Below, in pieces: positions 37,534 to 47,322 of a DNA stretch of 64,000 nt; the stretch's first letter is position 1, and each line of letters begins with the position of its first letter. Where the stretch lies: NCBI GenBank assembly GCA_963771275.1, contig CAVYSW010000009.1:384001-448000 (forward strand). Reading direction: 5' to 3'. The position numbers were made by a program, and so were the translations under genes. The notes below the pieces were generated by a model. The model did not search any database, was not told the origin of the DNA, and saw nothing but the letters and a program-made list of their open reading frames with translations. The DNA comes from an uncultured Gemmatimonadales bacterium (lineage in GTDB: Bacteria; Gemmatimonadota; Gemmatimonadetes; Gemmatimonadales; GWC2-71-9).

Positions 37534-38280
37534 CTACGCGATCACGGCCACCCGCTGGCGTCGCGCCAGGAACTCCGACCGCGCGAACAGCTTGATGAGC
37601 AGCGCGCCGGCGAAGAACCCGCCAAGGTGGGCCATGAAGGCCACTCCGCCGCCCGAATCCGACCCGCCGAACGCCGGCAGGGTGCCGAGGAACTGCAGCA
37701 GCACCCAGTAGAGCAGCATGATCCACGCCGGAAGGGTGATCCGCGTGATGAAGATGCCAAGGAAGATCAGGGTGTGGACCCGCACCCGTGGGAACAGCAC
37801 GAGGTAGGCCCCCATCACGCCGCTGATCGCGCCCGAGGCCCCCACCATCGGAATCGGCGATGCGGGTTGGCTCAGCACCTGAGCGGCGGCCGCGATCAGC
37901 CCGCACAGGAGATAGAAGCCGAGGAACCGCCCGTGACCCATCGAGTCTTCGATGTTGTTGCCGAACACCCAGAAGAACCACATGTTGCCGAGGATGTGAA
38001 ACCAGCCGCCGTGCATGAACATCGAGGTGAGCGGGCTGAGCCAGGACGCCTGCGCCGCGATGACGCACGCCACCGTGGGCCCCATCGGGATCTGCGTGCC
38101 CGCCGGCACCCGGTGCAGCAGCTCGCCCGGAATCAGCCCCAGCTCGCACACGGACCGCGTGAGCGCCGGCTCGGTCCCGGCGCCCTGGAGCAGCACCCAG
38201 ACGAGCGCGTTCAGCCCGATGATCCCGAGCGTGATCACCGGGGTGAGGAAGGTCGGGTTCTCGTCCTTGTACGGGAACAC
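37534..38280 (-). CDS. Rhomboid intramembrane serine protease
   Basis: TSMFMHGGWFHILGNM, VGASGAISG and AHLGGF motifs. Confidence 0.93.
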   Translation of the reverse strand: MFPYKDENPTFLTPVITLGIIGLNALVWVLLQGAGTEPALTRSVCELGLIPGELLHRVPAGTQIPMGPTVACVIAAQASWLSPLTSMFMHGGWFHILGNMWFFWVFGNNIEDSMGHGRFLGFYLLCGLIAAAAQVLSQPASPIPMVGASGAISGVMGAYLVLFPRVRVHTLIFLGIFITRITLPAWIMLLYWVLLQFLGTLPAFGGSDSGGGVAFMAHLGGFFAGALLIKLFARSEFLARRQRVAVIA

Positions 38281-38292
38281 GGCGCCTTCGGA

Positions 38293-38469
38293 TCAGCTCC
38301 CGACCGCCCCGAGCACCTTCTTGCAGTGCGGGCAGCTCATGATGGCGATGTAGCCGACCAGCGCCGGCCCACCCTTCACCTTGTGCCACGTCATCTCGTT
38401 GAGCGTGGCCTTGCAGTGCGGGCACGTGGGTGGAAGCTCACTGCGCTCGAGCTGAATCTTCTCGGTCAT
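38293..38469 (-). CDS. 58-aa zinc-ribbon microprotein (not in the ORF track)
   Basis: MTEKIQLERSELPPTCPHCKATLNEMTWHKVKGGPALVGYIAIMSCPHCKKVLGAVGS; GGAGGGAG SD; GC-rich third positions. Confidence 0.75.
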   Translation of the reverse strand: MTEKIQLERSELPPTCPHCKATLNEMTWHKVKGGPALVGYIAIMSCPHCKKVLGAVGS

Positions 38470-38497
38470 CCGGTGTCTCCCTCCGCGCGGGCGCCGG

Positions 38498-38707
38498 CTA
38501 CGGCGCGTGGTGATGCGCGCCGCCCGTCAGACAATCGAGGACGGCGCGACAGCGGTCGCAGGACAGCACGATCGTATACGGGATCATCGGGCCACCGCGG
38601 ACCTTGTGCCAGCGAATCCGGGTCACGATCGCCCCGCACCACGGACAGAGCGGCCGGCTCTCGCTCCACGCCAACACCGTCTTGCCCTGAGTCCTGGTGG
38701 AATCCAT
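38498..38707 (-). CDS. 69-aa zinc-ribbon microprotein, paralog of 38293..38469
   Basis: MDSTRTQGKTVLAWSESRPLCPWCGAIVTRIRWHKVRGGPMIPYTIVLSCDRCRAVLDCLTGGAHHHAP; GGAGG SD. Confidence 0.7.
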   Translation of the reverse strand: MDSTRTQGKTVLAWSESRPLCPWCGAIVTRIRWHKVRGGPMIPYTIVLSCDRCRAVLDCLTGGAHHHAP

Positions 38708-38854
38708 CTCCGGCCTCCACACCGCGAGCCGCAAGTCTAGATCAACCGACTCGCCACCACAAGCTCAGCGACTGCCTGCCAGAAGCCCTCTATGTCGTAC
38801 ACATGTAAACAATTATATCACAATTACTTATCAAGTTCTGACATCGTCACGCCA

Positions 38855-38891
38855 TGCCATTTTGGCACCAAAACCCGGTACGTCCCTTGCT
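38855..38891 (+). promoter_or_regulatory. Candidate sigma54 promoter for dnaK with upstream TGCCA-N3-TGGCA palindrome
   Basis: CGGTACG-TCCC-TTGCT (GG-N10-GC) at 38876-38891; palindrome at 38855-38867; AT-rich tract about 38804-38838. Confidence 0.5.
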
Positions 38892-38950
38892 CCCCAGCCC
38901 AGCGACGCACTTCGCTCGTCAAGCATCCATATTCAGGCTGAGAGGGCAAC

Positions 38951-40864
38951 ATGGCGCAGAAAGTGATCGGGATCGACCTGGGCACCACCAACTCGGTGGT
39001 CGCCGTGATGGAAGGCGGCGACCCGGTCGTGATCCCGAACTCGGAAGGCGGCCGCACGACGCCGTCGGTAGTCGCGTTCACCAAGGACGGCGAGCGGCTC
39101 GTGGGGCAGGTCGCCAAGCGGCAGGCGGTGACCAACCCGCGGAACACCGTGTTCTCGATCAAGCGCTTTATGGGCCGCCGCATGCCGGAGATCACCGTCG
39201 AGAAGGCGCGCGTGCCGTACACCGTGTCGGCCGGTCGCAACGATCTCGCATCGGTCGACATCCAGGGCAAGCAGTACACGCCGCCCGAGATCTCCGCCAT
39301 GATCCTCCAGAAGATGCGCCAGACGGCGGAGGACTACCTCGGGCACAAGGTCGAAAAGGCCGTCGTCACGGTGCCCGCGTACTTCAACGACTCGCAGCGC
39401 CAGGCCACGAAGGACGCGGGCAAGATCGCGGGGCTCGACGTGCTCCGCATCATCAACGAGCCCACCGCCGCCGCGCTGGCCTACGGCCTCGACCGCAAGA
39501 AGGAGGAGAAGATCGCGGTGTTCGACCTGGGCGGCGGGACGTACGATATTTCCGTGCTCGAGCTGGCCGAGGGCGTCTTCGAGGTGAAGTCGACCAACGG
39601 TGACACGCACCTGGGCGGCGACGACCTCGACGACCGCGTGATCCACTGGCTGGTGGACGAATTCAAGAAGGACCAGGGGATCGACCTCTCGAAGGACGCC
39701 ATGGCCTTGCAGCGCCTCAAGGAAGCGGCCGAGAAGGCCAAGATGGAGCTGTCGACCACGACGCAGACCGAGATCAACCTGCCGTTCATCACGGCGGACC
39801 AGTCGGGGCCGAAGCACCTCAACATGAGCCTCACGCGCGCCAAGTTCGAGCAGCTGGTCGACGACCTGCTGCAGCGCACCCTCCCGCCGATGGAGCAGGC
39901 CCTGAAGGACGCCAGGCTCAAGCCGTCCGAGGTCGACGAGGTCATCCTGGTCGGCGGCTCCACGCGGATCCCGAAGGTCCAGGAGATCGTCAAGGCCTTT
40001 TTCGGCAAAGACCCGCACAAGGGCGTCAACCCGGACGAGGTCGTCGCGATCGGCGCCGCGATTCAGGGCGGCGTGCTGGCGGGCGAGGTGAAGGACATTC
40101 TGCTGCTCGACGTGACCCCGCTGTCGCTCGGCATCGAGACGCTGGGCGGCGTCACCACCGTGCTGATCCCGCGGAACACGACGATCCCGACCAAGAAGTC
40201 CGAGGTGTTCTCGACGGCGGAAGACACCCAGACGACGGTGGAAATCCACGTGCTGCAGGGTGAGCGCCAGATGGCGGTGGACAACCGGACGCTCGGCCGC
40301 TTCCAGCTCACCGGCATCCCGCCGGCGCCGCGCGGCATGCCGCAGATCGAGGTGACGTTCGACATCGACGCCAACGGCATCCTCCACGTCTCGGCCCGGG
40401 ACAAGGCGACGAACAAGGAGCAGAAGATCCGGATCGAGGGCACGAGCGGGCTGTCCGAGACGGAGGTCGAGAAGATGGTGAAGCAGGCCGAGGCGCACGC
40501 GTCCGAGGACAAGGAGCGGCGCGAGCAGATCGACCGGCGCAACCGGCTCGACGCGATGGTCTACGAGGTGGAGAAGAACTCCAAGGAGTGGGCCGACCGG
40601 CTGGACTCGACGAACAAGGAGCGGCTCGCCAAGGCGGTCGAGGGCGCCAAGGAAGCGCTGCGCACCGGCGCCCCGGACGGCGTGAAGAGCGCCCTGGACG
40701 AGCTGTCGCAGGCCTACTCGGCGGCGGGGACATCGCTATACGAGGCCGCGCAGTCACAGAGCGCGGAGTCCGGCGGTGGCGCCAGCGAGACCAAGGCGGA
40801 GCCGCCCAAGCAGGACGACGTCGTCGAGGCAGACTACGAGGTGGTGGACGACAACAAACCGTGA
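38951..40864 (+). CDS. dnaK: Chaperone Hsp70
   Basis: [34 protein letters not shown] and LVGGSTRIP motifs. Confidence 0.98.
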   Translation: MAQKVIGIDLGTTNSVVAVMEGGDPVVIPNSEGGRTTPSVVAFTKDGERLVGQVAKRQAVTNPRNTVFSIKRFMGRRMPEITVEKARVPYTVSAGRNDLASVDIQGKQYTPPEISAMILQKMRQTAEDYLGHKVEKAVVTVPAYFNDSQRQATKDAGKIAGLDVLRIINEPTAAALAYGLDRKKEEKIAVFDLGGGTYDISVLELAEGVFEVKSTNGDTHLGGDDLDDRVIHWLVDEFKKDQGIDLSKDAMALQRLKEAAEKAKMELSTTTQTEINLPFITADQSGPKHLNMSLTRAKFEQLVDDLLQRTLPPMEQALKDARLKPSEVDEVILVGGSTRIPKVQEIVKAFFGKDPHKGVNPDEVVAIGAAIQGGVLAGEVKDILLLDVTPLSLGIETLGGVTTVLIPRNTTIPTKKSEVFSTAEDTQTTVEIHVLQGERQMAVDNRTLGRFQLTGIPPAPRGMPQIEVTFDIDANGILHVSARDKATNKEQKIRIEGTSGLSETEVEKMVKQAEAHASEDKERREQIDRRNRLDAMVYEVEKNSKEWADRLDSTNKERLAKAVEGAKEALRTGAPDGVKSALDELSQAYSAAGTSLYEAAQSQSAESGGGASETKAEPPKQDDVVEADYEVVDDNKP

Positions 40865-40867
40865 AGG

Positions 40868-40923
40868 GTGTAGCGTGCAGCGTGCAGCGGCGAACTAGGC
40901 CCCCTGCACGCTGTACGCTGCAC
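40868..40923. repeat. Intergenic hairpin built from 7-bp tandem units
   Basis: GTGTAGC-GTGCAGC-GTGCAG / CTGCAC-GCTGTAC-GCTGCAC, with a 16-nt loop. Confidence 0.7.
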
Positions 40924-40993
40924 GACTGTCACGGAACTCCCCCGGCTCCGGGGGTTATCTTTGGAGTACCAGCCTCCAGTACTAGGGAAGCCT

Positions 40994-42562
40994 ATGTCAC
41001 GCACACGAGAGTGGTTGAAGTTCGGCGCCCTCATCGCGGTCACCGCCCTCCTCACGGTCGCGTTCGTAAACACCGTGGATCGGGCGCCGCGCCCGGCCAC
41101 CGCGCAACAGTCGACCGCGCTGGCCGCGCTCACCCAACCGCAGCCGGCGCCGATCCAGCCGACCGCCGCGCCGTCGCTCGACGCCCTGAGCCAGTCGTTC
41201 ACGGCGGTCGCGGACCTGATCAAGCCGGCCGTCGTGTTCATCAGGGCGGAGACGATCCAGCAGCCGTCGCGCAACCGGATGCGGGTGCCGCCCGGCTTCG
41301 AGGAGTTCTTCCGCGACCAGGCCCCGCAGATCCGACGCGGTCAGGGCACCGGCTTCATCATCTCCCGTGACGGCTACATCCTGACGAACAACCACGTCGT
41401 GGAGGGCGCCACCACGCTCACGGTGCGCCTGCTGGACCGGCGGGAGTTCAAGGGAGCGCGGGTCGTCGGCCGGGACCCGGCGACCGACGTGGCGGTCATC
41501 AAGATCGACGCCACCAACCTCCCCGTGGCGACGCTGGGCAACTCCGACTCCGTCAAGGTCGGCGAGTGGGTGCTGGCGGTGGGCAACCCGCTGGGCGAGG
41601 AGTTCTCGTTCACGGTCACCGCCGGGATCGTGAGCGCCAAGGGACGGAACCTCAACGGGCTCCCCATCGCGTCGACCTACCGCATCATGGACTTCATCCA
41701 GACCGACGCCGTCATCAATCCCGGCAACTCGGGCGGCCCGCTGGTGAACACGCGCGGGCAGGTGATCGGCATCAACTCGGCGATCGCGAGCGAGACCGGG
41801 ACCTATGTGGGCTACGGGTTCGCGATCCCGGCGAACCTGGTGAAGGTCGTCTCGGCGCAGCTGATCGCCGAAGGCCGGGTGCACCGCGCCATTCTCGGCG
41901 TGAGCATTCGCGAAGCGGACGAAAACGACGCCGCCTACGTGGGCCAGAAGGAGATCCGCGGCGTCGTGGTGCAGGACTTCTCGAGCGCCGACAGCCCGGC
42001 GAAGGCGGCGGGGATCGAGCTGGGTGACCTGATCACCGAGCTGGACGGCCAGCCCGTCACGTACGTGGCGCAGCTGCAGCAGACGGTCGGCTTCCGCAAG
42101 CCGGGCGAGACCGTCAAGGTGACGGTGGTCCGCCCCGGCGGGGTGAAGAAGGTCATTCCCGTGCAGCTCGCCGAAGCGCCGAGCGACGTGCAGCTCGCCT
42201 CGCGCCGCCAGGACAGCACCGCGGATACCGAGAACCACCCGCATGCGACCAAGCTGGGCATCGAGCTCGAGTCGCTGGCGCAGGACGTGGCCGCCCAGGT
42301 GGGGGCCGACCACCTCGGCCCGCACGTCACTGGCGTCGAGGTCGACAGCCCCGCGCGCGACCAGCTGATCCCGGCCGGTGGCAACGGCTTCGGGGACATC
42401 ATCACCCGCGTGAACGGCACGCGCGTCAGGACGGTGCAGGAGTTCGACGACGCCATCCGCAACATCGGCGCCGGCGAGGTCGTCTCGCTGCAGGTCTACA
42501 ACCCGCAGGTGCCGCAGCCGAGTGGCGGGTCGCGGGTGGTCCGGCTCCGGGTGCCGAACTAG
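40994..42562 (+). CDS. degP: HtrA/DegP (Do) serine protease with two PDZ domains
   Basis: LTNNHVV, TDVAVIK and QTDAVINPGNSGGPL motifs; N-terminal anchor. Confidence 0.9.
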   Translation: MSRTREWLKFGALIAVTALLTVAFVNTVDRAPRPATAQQSTALAALTQPQPAPIQPTAAPSLDALSQSFTAVADLIKPAVVFIRAETIQQPSRNRMRVPPGFEEFFRDQAPQIRRGQGTGFIISRDGYILTNNHVVEGATTLTVRLLDRREFKGARVVGRDPATDVAVIKIDATNLPVATLGNSDSVKVGEWVLAVGNPLGEEFSFTVTAGIVSAKGRNLNGLPIASTYRIMDFIQTDAVINPGNSGGPLVNTRGQVIGINSAIASETGTYVGYGFAIPANLVKVVSAQLIAEGRVHRAILGVSIREADENDAAYVGQKEIRGVVVQDFSSADSPAKAAGIELGDLITELDGQPVTYVAQLQQTVGFRKPGETVKVTVVRPGGVKKVIPVQLAEAPSDVQLASRRQDSTADTENHPHATKLGIELESLAQDVAAQVGADHLGPHVTGVEVDSPARDQLIPAGGNGFGDIITRVNGTRVRTVQEFDDAIRNIGAGEVVSLQVYNPQVPQPSGGSRVVRLRVPN

Positions 42563-42592
42563 GCCTGACGCGGAGCCACGGACGCAGGAAGG

Positions 42593-42618
42593 CGGCCCCG
42601 GGCAGATCCCCGGGGCCG
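42593..42618. terminator. GC hairpin between convergent degP and the oxidase operon
   Basis: CGGCCCCGGG / CCCGGGGCCG. Confidence 0.55.
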
Positions 42619-42685
42619 TTCCGCATTGCAGCCGGACGCGGCGGGTGGTCCGCGGACCGCTGGCCTGGCTGGTGGGAGGGTTCCG

Positions 42686-43000
42686 CTACAGCACCCGGAA
42701 CAGGAACATCAGGCTGATGATCACCCCCGCGGCGAACAGCAGCGGCAGCAGAAACACCATGCGGAACAGCTTGTGGTCGAACTTGAGATGCATGTAGAAC
42801 ATCACGACCAGGGAGAACTTGGCGGCCGAGAGCGTGAGCAGGCTGGGCACCAGGATCGGCTTGAACTGCGGGATATAGAACGCCCCCACCTCGAGGACCG
42901 TGAGCACGGTGAGCACCGCGGCGACCGTGAGGTACGTGCCGGTGGTGGCGTGCGCCCGATGCACCGGCACCGCGGCGTCGTGTTGCTCGTTCATCGTCAC
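42686..43000 (-). CDS. ctaF: Cytochrome c oxidase subunit IV
   Basis: KFSLVVMFYMHLKFD motif; last gene of the cox operon. Confidence 0.85.
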   Translation of the reverse strand: MTMNEQHDAAVPVHRAHATTGTYLTVAAVLTVLTVLEVGAFYIPQFKPILVPSLLTLSAAKFSLVVMFYMHLKFDHKLFRMVFLLPLLFAAGVIISLMFLFRVL

Positions 43001-43001
43001 C

Positions 43002-43607
43002 TCACCCCTTGGCCAGCGGGGTCGTCTGAATCAGGTAGACGACCGTGAAGATCACGATCCAGACCACGTCCACGAAGTGCCAGTACAGGCCCGCGATCTC
43101 GACGTTGAGCGCCTTCTCGGGCCCGAGCTTGCCCTGCAGCGAGCGCACCAGCAGCGTGGTCAGCCAGACGACGCCGACGAACACGTGGCCGCCGTGAAAG
43201 CCGGTCAGCGTGAAGAAGCTCGAGCCGAACAGGTTGGTCGTGAAGCCGAGCCCTTCGCGCACGAAATGCGTGAATTCGAACGCCTGGAAGCCGAGGAAGA
43301 CCGCGCCCAGGGTCGCCGTGGCGGCCAGCCACACGCGCGTCCACACCCGGTCACCCCGCTGCACGGCGGCCAGGGCCAGCACCATCATCAGCGAGGACAT
43401 CAGCAGGTCGAACGTACTCACCGACGTGAGCGGGATGTTGAGGATCTGGTGCGTGGTGGGCCCCGAGACGCTCCGCCCCTCGTAGACCAGGTAGGTGGCG
43501 ATGAGCGATCCGAACAGCAGGCATTCGGACCCGATGAACGCCCAGAACGCGATCTTGCGGCTGTCGAGCCCCGTGCTGGTGTAGGGGACGGTGGCGGCGT
43601 GGCTCAT
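43002..43607 (-). CDS. ctaE: Cytochrome c oxidase subunit III
   Basis: FIGSECLLFG, LTGFHGGHV and GLYWHFVDVVW motifs. Confidence 0.93.
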   Translation of the reverse strand: MSHAATVPYTSTGLDSRKIAFWAFIGSECLLFGSLIATYLVYEGRSVSGPTTHQILNIPLTSVSTFDLLMSSLMMVLALAAVQRGDRVWTRVWLAATATLGAVFLGFQAFEFTHFVREGLGFTTNLFGSSFFTLTGFHGGHVFVGVVWLTTLLVRSLQGKLGPEKALNVEIAGLYWHFVDVVWIVIFTVVYLIQTTPLAKG

Positions 43608-43608
43608 G

Positions 43609-45459
43609 TCAGACCTCGAAGGGCTCGAACGCCCAGCTGTAGATCCCGTAGACGAGGATCGCCGCGCCGCCGAGCACGGTGAGCAGGCTCGGCAGGAAGT
43701 GATGGTGCATCAGCGCGCCGACGCCCATGACCAGGATTCCCACCGCCGCGATCAGCGGACGGAACGACCCGGGCGGGACGTGGATCGGGCCCGGCGGCAC
43801 GTCGGGGATCTCCGAGACGCCGCCCTCCGTCCAGAGCGGCAGCCGGCTCTTCACCGTGGGCGGCACGGAGAAGTTGTAGGCCGGGGGCGGCGAGGCGATG
43901 GCCCATTCGAGCGTCGCGGCGCCCCAGGGGTTCTTGCCCGCGAGCGGCTGCTTCCGGCTCGTCAGCACGTTGTAGAGGAACACGAGCATCGCGACCCCGG
44001 TGAGCAGCGCCCCGACGGTCGAGATCAGGTTGAACGTGTTGAGCCCGAGGTCCGGGGCGTAGGTGTAGATGCGGCGCGGCATGCCGAGCAGGCCACTGAA
44101 GTGCATCGGGAAGAACGTCAGGTTGAGCCCGGCGAACATCAGCCAGAAGTGCAGCTTGCCGATCCGGTCGTTGAGCGCGCGGCCGAAGATCTTGGGCCAC
44201 CAGTAGTAGATCCCGGCGAAGATCCCCTGCACCGCCCCGCCGAACAGCACGTAGTGGAAGTGCGCGACCACGAAGTAGGTGTCGGTCTGCTGCAGGTCGG
44301 CCGGCGGAGAGGCGTGCATCACCCCCGAGAGTCCGCCGATGATGAACATCGAGATGAAGCCGACCGCGAACAGCATCGGCGTCCGAAATTCGAGACGGCC
44401 GCCCCACATCGTGGCGATCCAGTTGAAGATCTTCACGCCCGTCGGCACGGCGATCAGCATGGTGGACGCGGAGAACACCGAGTCGGCCACCGGGCCGAGG
44501 CCGGTGGCGAACATGTGGTGCGCCCACACGCCCCAGCCGACGACGCCGATCAGCACCCCGGAGTACACCACGACCGCATAGCCGAACAGCGGCTTGCGCG
44601 AGAACGTGGGCAGCACCTCGGAGACGATCCCCATGGCGGGGAGGATCAGGATGTAGACCTCCGGATGGCCGAACAGCCAGAACAGGTGCTGCCACAGCAG
44701 CACGTCGCCGCCGGCCCGCACGTTGTAGAAGTTGGTGCCGAACACCCGGTCGAACAGCAGGAACACGAGCCCGATCGTGATCACCGGAAACGCCGTGATG
44801 ATCAGGAACTGGGTGACGAAGCTCATCCAGGTGAACACCGGCAGGCGCATCCACGTCATGCCCGGCGCGCGGAGGTTGATGATCGTCGTGATGAAGTTGA
44901 ACGCCGCCGCGAGCGACGCGACGCCGAGGATCTGGATCCCGAGCACCCAGAAATCGATGTTGGGGCCGGGGGAGTACTGCGTGGACGTGAGGTTGGCGTA
45001 GCCGAACCAGCCGGCGTTGGGCGCCACGCTCAGGTGGCCGGCGCCGAACAGCGGACCCGCCACGAAGCTGGCGTTCATGAACAGCCCGCCCAGCAGGAAC
45101 ACCCAGTAGCTGAAGGCGTTGAGACGGGGGAAGGCGACGTCGCGCGCGCCGATCTGCAGCGGGATCACGAAATTGAAGAACGCCGCCGACAGCGGCATGA
45201 TGGCGAGAAACACCATCGTCGTGCCGTGCATCGTGAACAGCTGGTTGTAGAACTCCGCGCTCACCACGTGCTGGTCCGGCCCCCCGAGCTGGATCCGGAT
45301 CACCAGGGCTTCGAGGCCGCCGAGCAGGAAGAACAGGAACGCCGTGACGCCGTACAGCACGCCGATGCGCTTGTGGTCGGTGGTGGTGACCCAGCTCCAC
45401 ACGCCGGTCGGCGCCGCCGGCATCGCGGGACTGGATTGGGGGATCGCGGTCGTCGCCAT
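43609..45459 (-). CDS. ctaD: Cytochrome c oxidase subunit I (A1 type)
   Basis: DHKRIG, FTMHGT, GHPEVY, WAHH, VAHFH and GMPRR motifs. Confidence 0.96.
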   Translation of the reverse strand: MATTAIPQSSPAMPAAPTGVWSWVTTTDHKRIGVLYGVTAFLFFLLGGLEALVIRIQLGGPDQHVVSAEFYNQLFTMHGTTMVFLAIMPLSAAFFNFVIPLQIGARDVAFPRLNAFSYWVFLLGGLFMNASFVAGPLFGAGHLSVAPNAGWFGYANLTSTQYSPGPNIDFWVLGIQILGVASLAAAFNFITTIINLRAPGMTWMRLPVFTWMSFVTQFLIITAFPVITIGLVFLLFDRVFGTNFYNVRAGGDVLLWQHLFWLFGHPEVYILILPAMGIVSEVLPTFSRKPLFGYAVVVYSGVLIGVVGWGVWAHHMFATGLGPVADSVFSASTMLIAVPTGVKIFNWIATMWGGRLEFRTPMLFAVGFISMFIIGGLSGVMHASPPADLQQTDTYFVVAHFHYVLFGGAVQGIFAGIYYWWPKIFGRALNDRIGKLHFWLMFAGLNLTFFPMHFSGLLGMPRRIYTYAPDLGLNTFNLISTVGALLTGVAMLVFLYNVLTSRKQPLAGKNPWGAATLEWAIASPPPAYNFSVPPTVKSRLPLWTEGGVSEIPDVPPGPIHVPPGSFRPLIAAVGILVMGVGALMHHHFLPSLLTVLGGAAILVYGIYSWAFEPFEV

Positions 45460-45467
45460 GTCGGGTC

Positions 45468-46520
45468 CTATTTCCTGCTGTGGAGATACGCGGTCAGCGC
45501 CGCGATCTCGTCATCCGTCAGGTCAATCTTGGGCATCAGGCTCCCGGGCTTCACCCCCGGCGGGTCATGCAGCCAGCGCGCGATCCCCGCCGAGTCGCTC
45601 GGCACCGTCCCGCCCGCGATCGTGCTGCGGCTGCCGACGTGCGACAGGTTGGGACCGAGCACCCCGCCCGAGATGCCCGCGATGGTGTGGCACGCCACAC
45701 ACGAGTGGTTGCCGGGATCCCGGATCTTCCGGAACGCCTCCTCACCCCGGAGCACGAGCGCGTCGCCCGAGTCGACCGGCGGCGGGGCGGCGCTCTGGCG
45801 CGCGGCCCAGTCGGCAAACACCGCCGGGGAATCCACCATGACGCGGAGCCGCATGTTGGCATGCGAGTCGCCGCAGAACTCCGCGCACTGGCCGAGGAAC
45901 GTCCCGACCGAGTCCGCCGTGAAGACGAGGCGTGTCGTGCGGCCCGGCATCGCGTCCCGCTTGCCCGACAGGCGCGGCGCCCAGAACGAGTGGATCACGT
46001 CGGCGGAGGTGATCGCGAGGGCCACCGGCTGCCCCAGCGGCACGTGCAGCTCGTTGGCCGTCACCACCCCCAGCCCGGGGTAGCGGAACTCCCACCACCA
46101 CTGGTGGCCGGTCACCTCCACCTGCAGCGCCTCGGCGGGCGCGGTCCCGTCGAGCTGGAAGATGGTCCGGATCGTGGGAACCGCGATGACCACGAGGATC
46201 AACGCCGGCGCCAGGGTCCAGGCGATCTCGACCAGTGTGTGGCCGTGCGTCTGGTGCGGCTCGCCCTGCCCCGGTCGCCGGCGGTACCGGATCAAGGTCA
46301 CCACCAGCGCGCTCTGGACCACGACGAAGACGAATACGGCCCACCAGAAGATCTGGCCGTAGAGCCGGTCGATCGCTTCGCCGGCGTCGGATACCGGGCG
46401 GAAGGTCGATTGCGGAAACCGATCACCCGTGCAGCCGGCGACGAGCAGCCCGACCGCCAGGGCGGCGAGCCACGTCCAGGAGACCGCGGCTGGGTAACGG
46501 CGGTGAGATACGGGTGCCAT
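45468..46520 (-). CDS. ctaC: Cytochrome c oxidase subunit II with fused cytochrome c (caa3 type)
   Basis: Lipobox VAGC, DVIHSFW, CAEFCGDSHANM (CuA), CVACH heme motif. Confidence 0.94.
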   Translation of the reverse strand: MAPVSHRRYPAAVSWTWLAALAVGLLVAGCTGDRFPQSTFRPVSDAGEAIDRLYGQIFWWAVFVFVVVQSALVVTLIRYRRRPGQGEPHQTHGHTLVEIAWTLAPALILVVIAVPTIRTIFQLDGTAPAEALQVEVTGHQWWWEFRYPGLGVVTANELHVPLGQPVALAITSADVIHSFWAPRLSGKRDAMPGRTTRLVFTADSVGTFLGQCAEFCGDSHANMRLRVMVDSPAVFADWAARQSAAPPPVDSGDALVLRGEEAFRKIRDPGNHSCVACHTIAGISGGVLGPNLSHVGSRSTIAGGTVPSDSAGIARWLHDPPGVKPGSLMPKIDLTDDEIAALTAYLHSRK

Positions 46521-46588
46521 TGCCCTTCACAGGACGAGGATTGGGACCGGAAAACGAAACGCGCCGGGCTTGGCGGCGCGAACGCCGG

Positions 46589-46617
46589 ATTGTAGCACCA
46601 TCACCATTGCGAGTCAA
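46589..46617 (-). promoter_or_regulatory. Sigma70-type promoter of the cox operon (TTGACT-N17-TACAAT)
   Basis: Near-consensus hexamers with a 17-nt spacer. Confidence 0.7.
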
Positions 46618-46779
46618 CCGCTCCCCAAAGCTCGCATCTTCATGCGGCTCTTCATGATCCGCGCTTCCCGCCACCACGCGGGAACGGGCGGCGCGGAGCA
46701 CCCCACCGCTGCTGCGGCACCCGGCTCCGGTGAGCGCTCAACGCTGGACGGACCGCCGGGGTCGGGGTTAGCATACCAG

Positions 46780-47283
46780 ATGCTCGAGGCCGTGAAGAAG
46801 CAGCTCCAGGCCGAAGTCGAGGCGCTGAACCACGAGTTGAGCGTCACGCTGCCGGCCACCCTCAAGCGGGCAATCCAGAACGGTGACCTCCGGGAGAACG
46901 GAGACTATCACGCCGCGCTGGAACGCCAGGGATTCGTGCAGGCCAGGCTGAGCCAGCTGCGCTCCCGCCTCACGAAGCTCTCGCACATCGATCTCACCAA
47001 GATCCCGACCGGCCGGGTCGGGCTCGGCTCCCGGGTCACCGTCCTGGACATGGCGACCGGTCAGACGGAGGAATGGGAGCTCGTCATCCCCGACGCCATG
47101 GACATCGACCGCGGGCACATCTCGGTCTCCTCGCCGCTCGGCCGCGGTCTGGTCGACAAGGAGGTCGGGGACGTGACCACCGTGCAGCTCCCCGCCGGCA
47201 CGCGCAAACTCAAGGTCCTGGCGCTCCGCACGTTGCACGAGCAGGTGGAGTCGGGCCTGGACGAGGATGAGGCCCGCGACTAG
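46780..47283 (+). CDS. greA: Transcription elongation factor GreA/GreB family
   Basis: GDLRENGDYHAA, GSRVTV and ISVSSPLGRGL motifs; ATG 46780. Confidence 0.88.
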   Translation: MLEAVKKQLQAEVEALNHELSVTLPATLKRAIQNGDLRENGDYHAALERQGFVQARLSQLRSRLTKLSHIDLTKIPTGRVGLGSRVTVLDMATGQTEEWELVIPDAMDIDRGHISVSSPLGRGLVDKEVGDVTTVQLPAGTRKLKVLALRTLHEQVESGLDEDEARD

Positions 47284-47322
47284 CGAGCGCGCCCCACAGG
47301 GTCTTCGACGGGCGATCCCAAC

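Noticed and set aside
42686..46520. caa3 oxidase operon as unusual
   Set aside because: Canonical ctaCDEF order with standard A1-type motifs.
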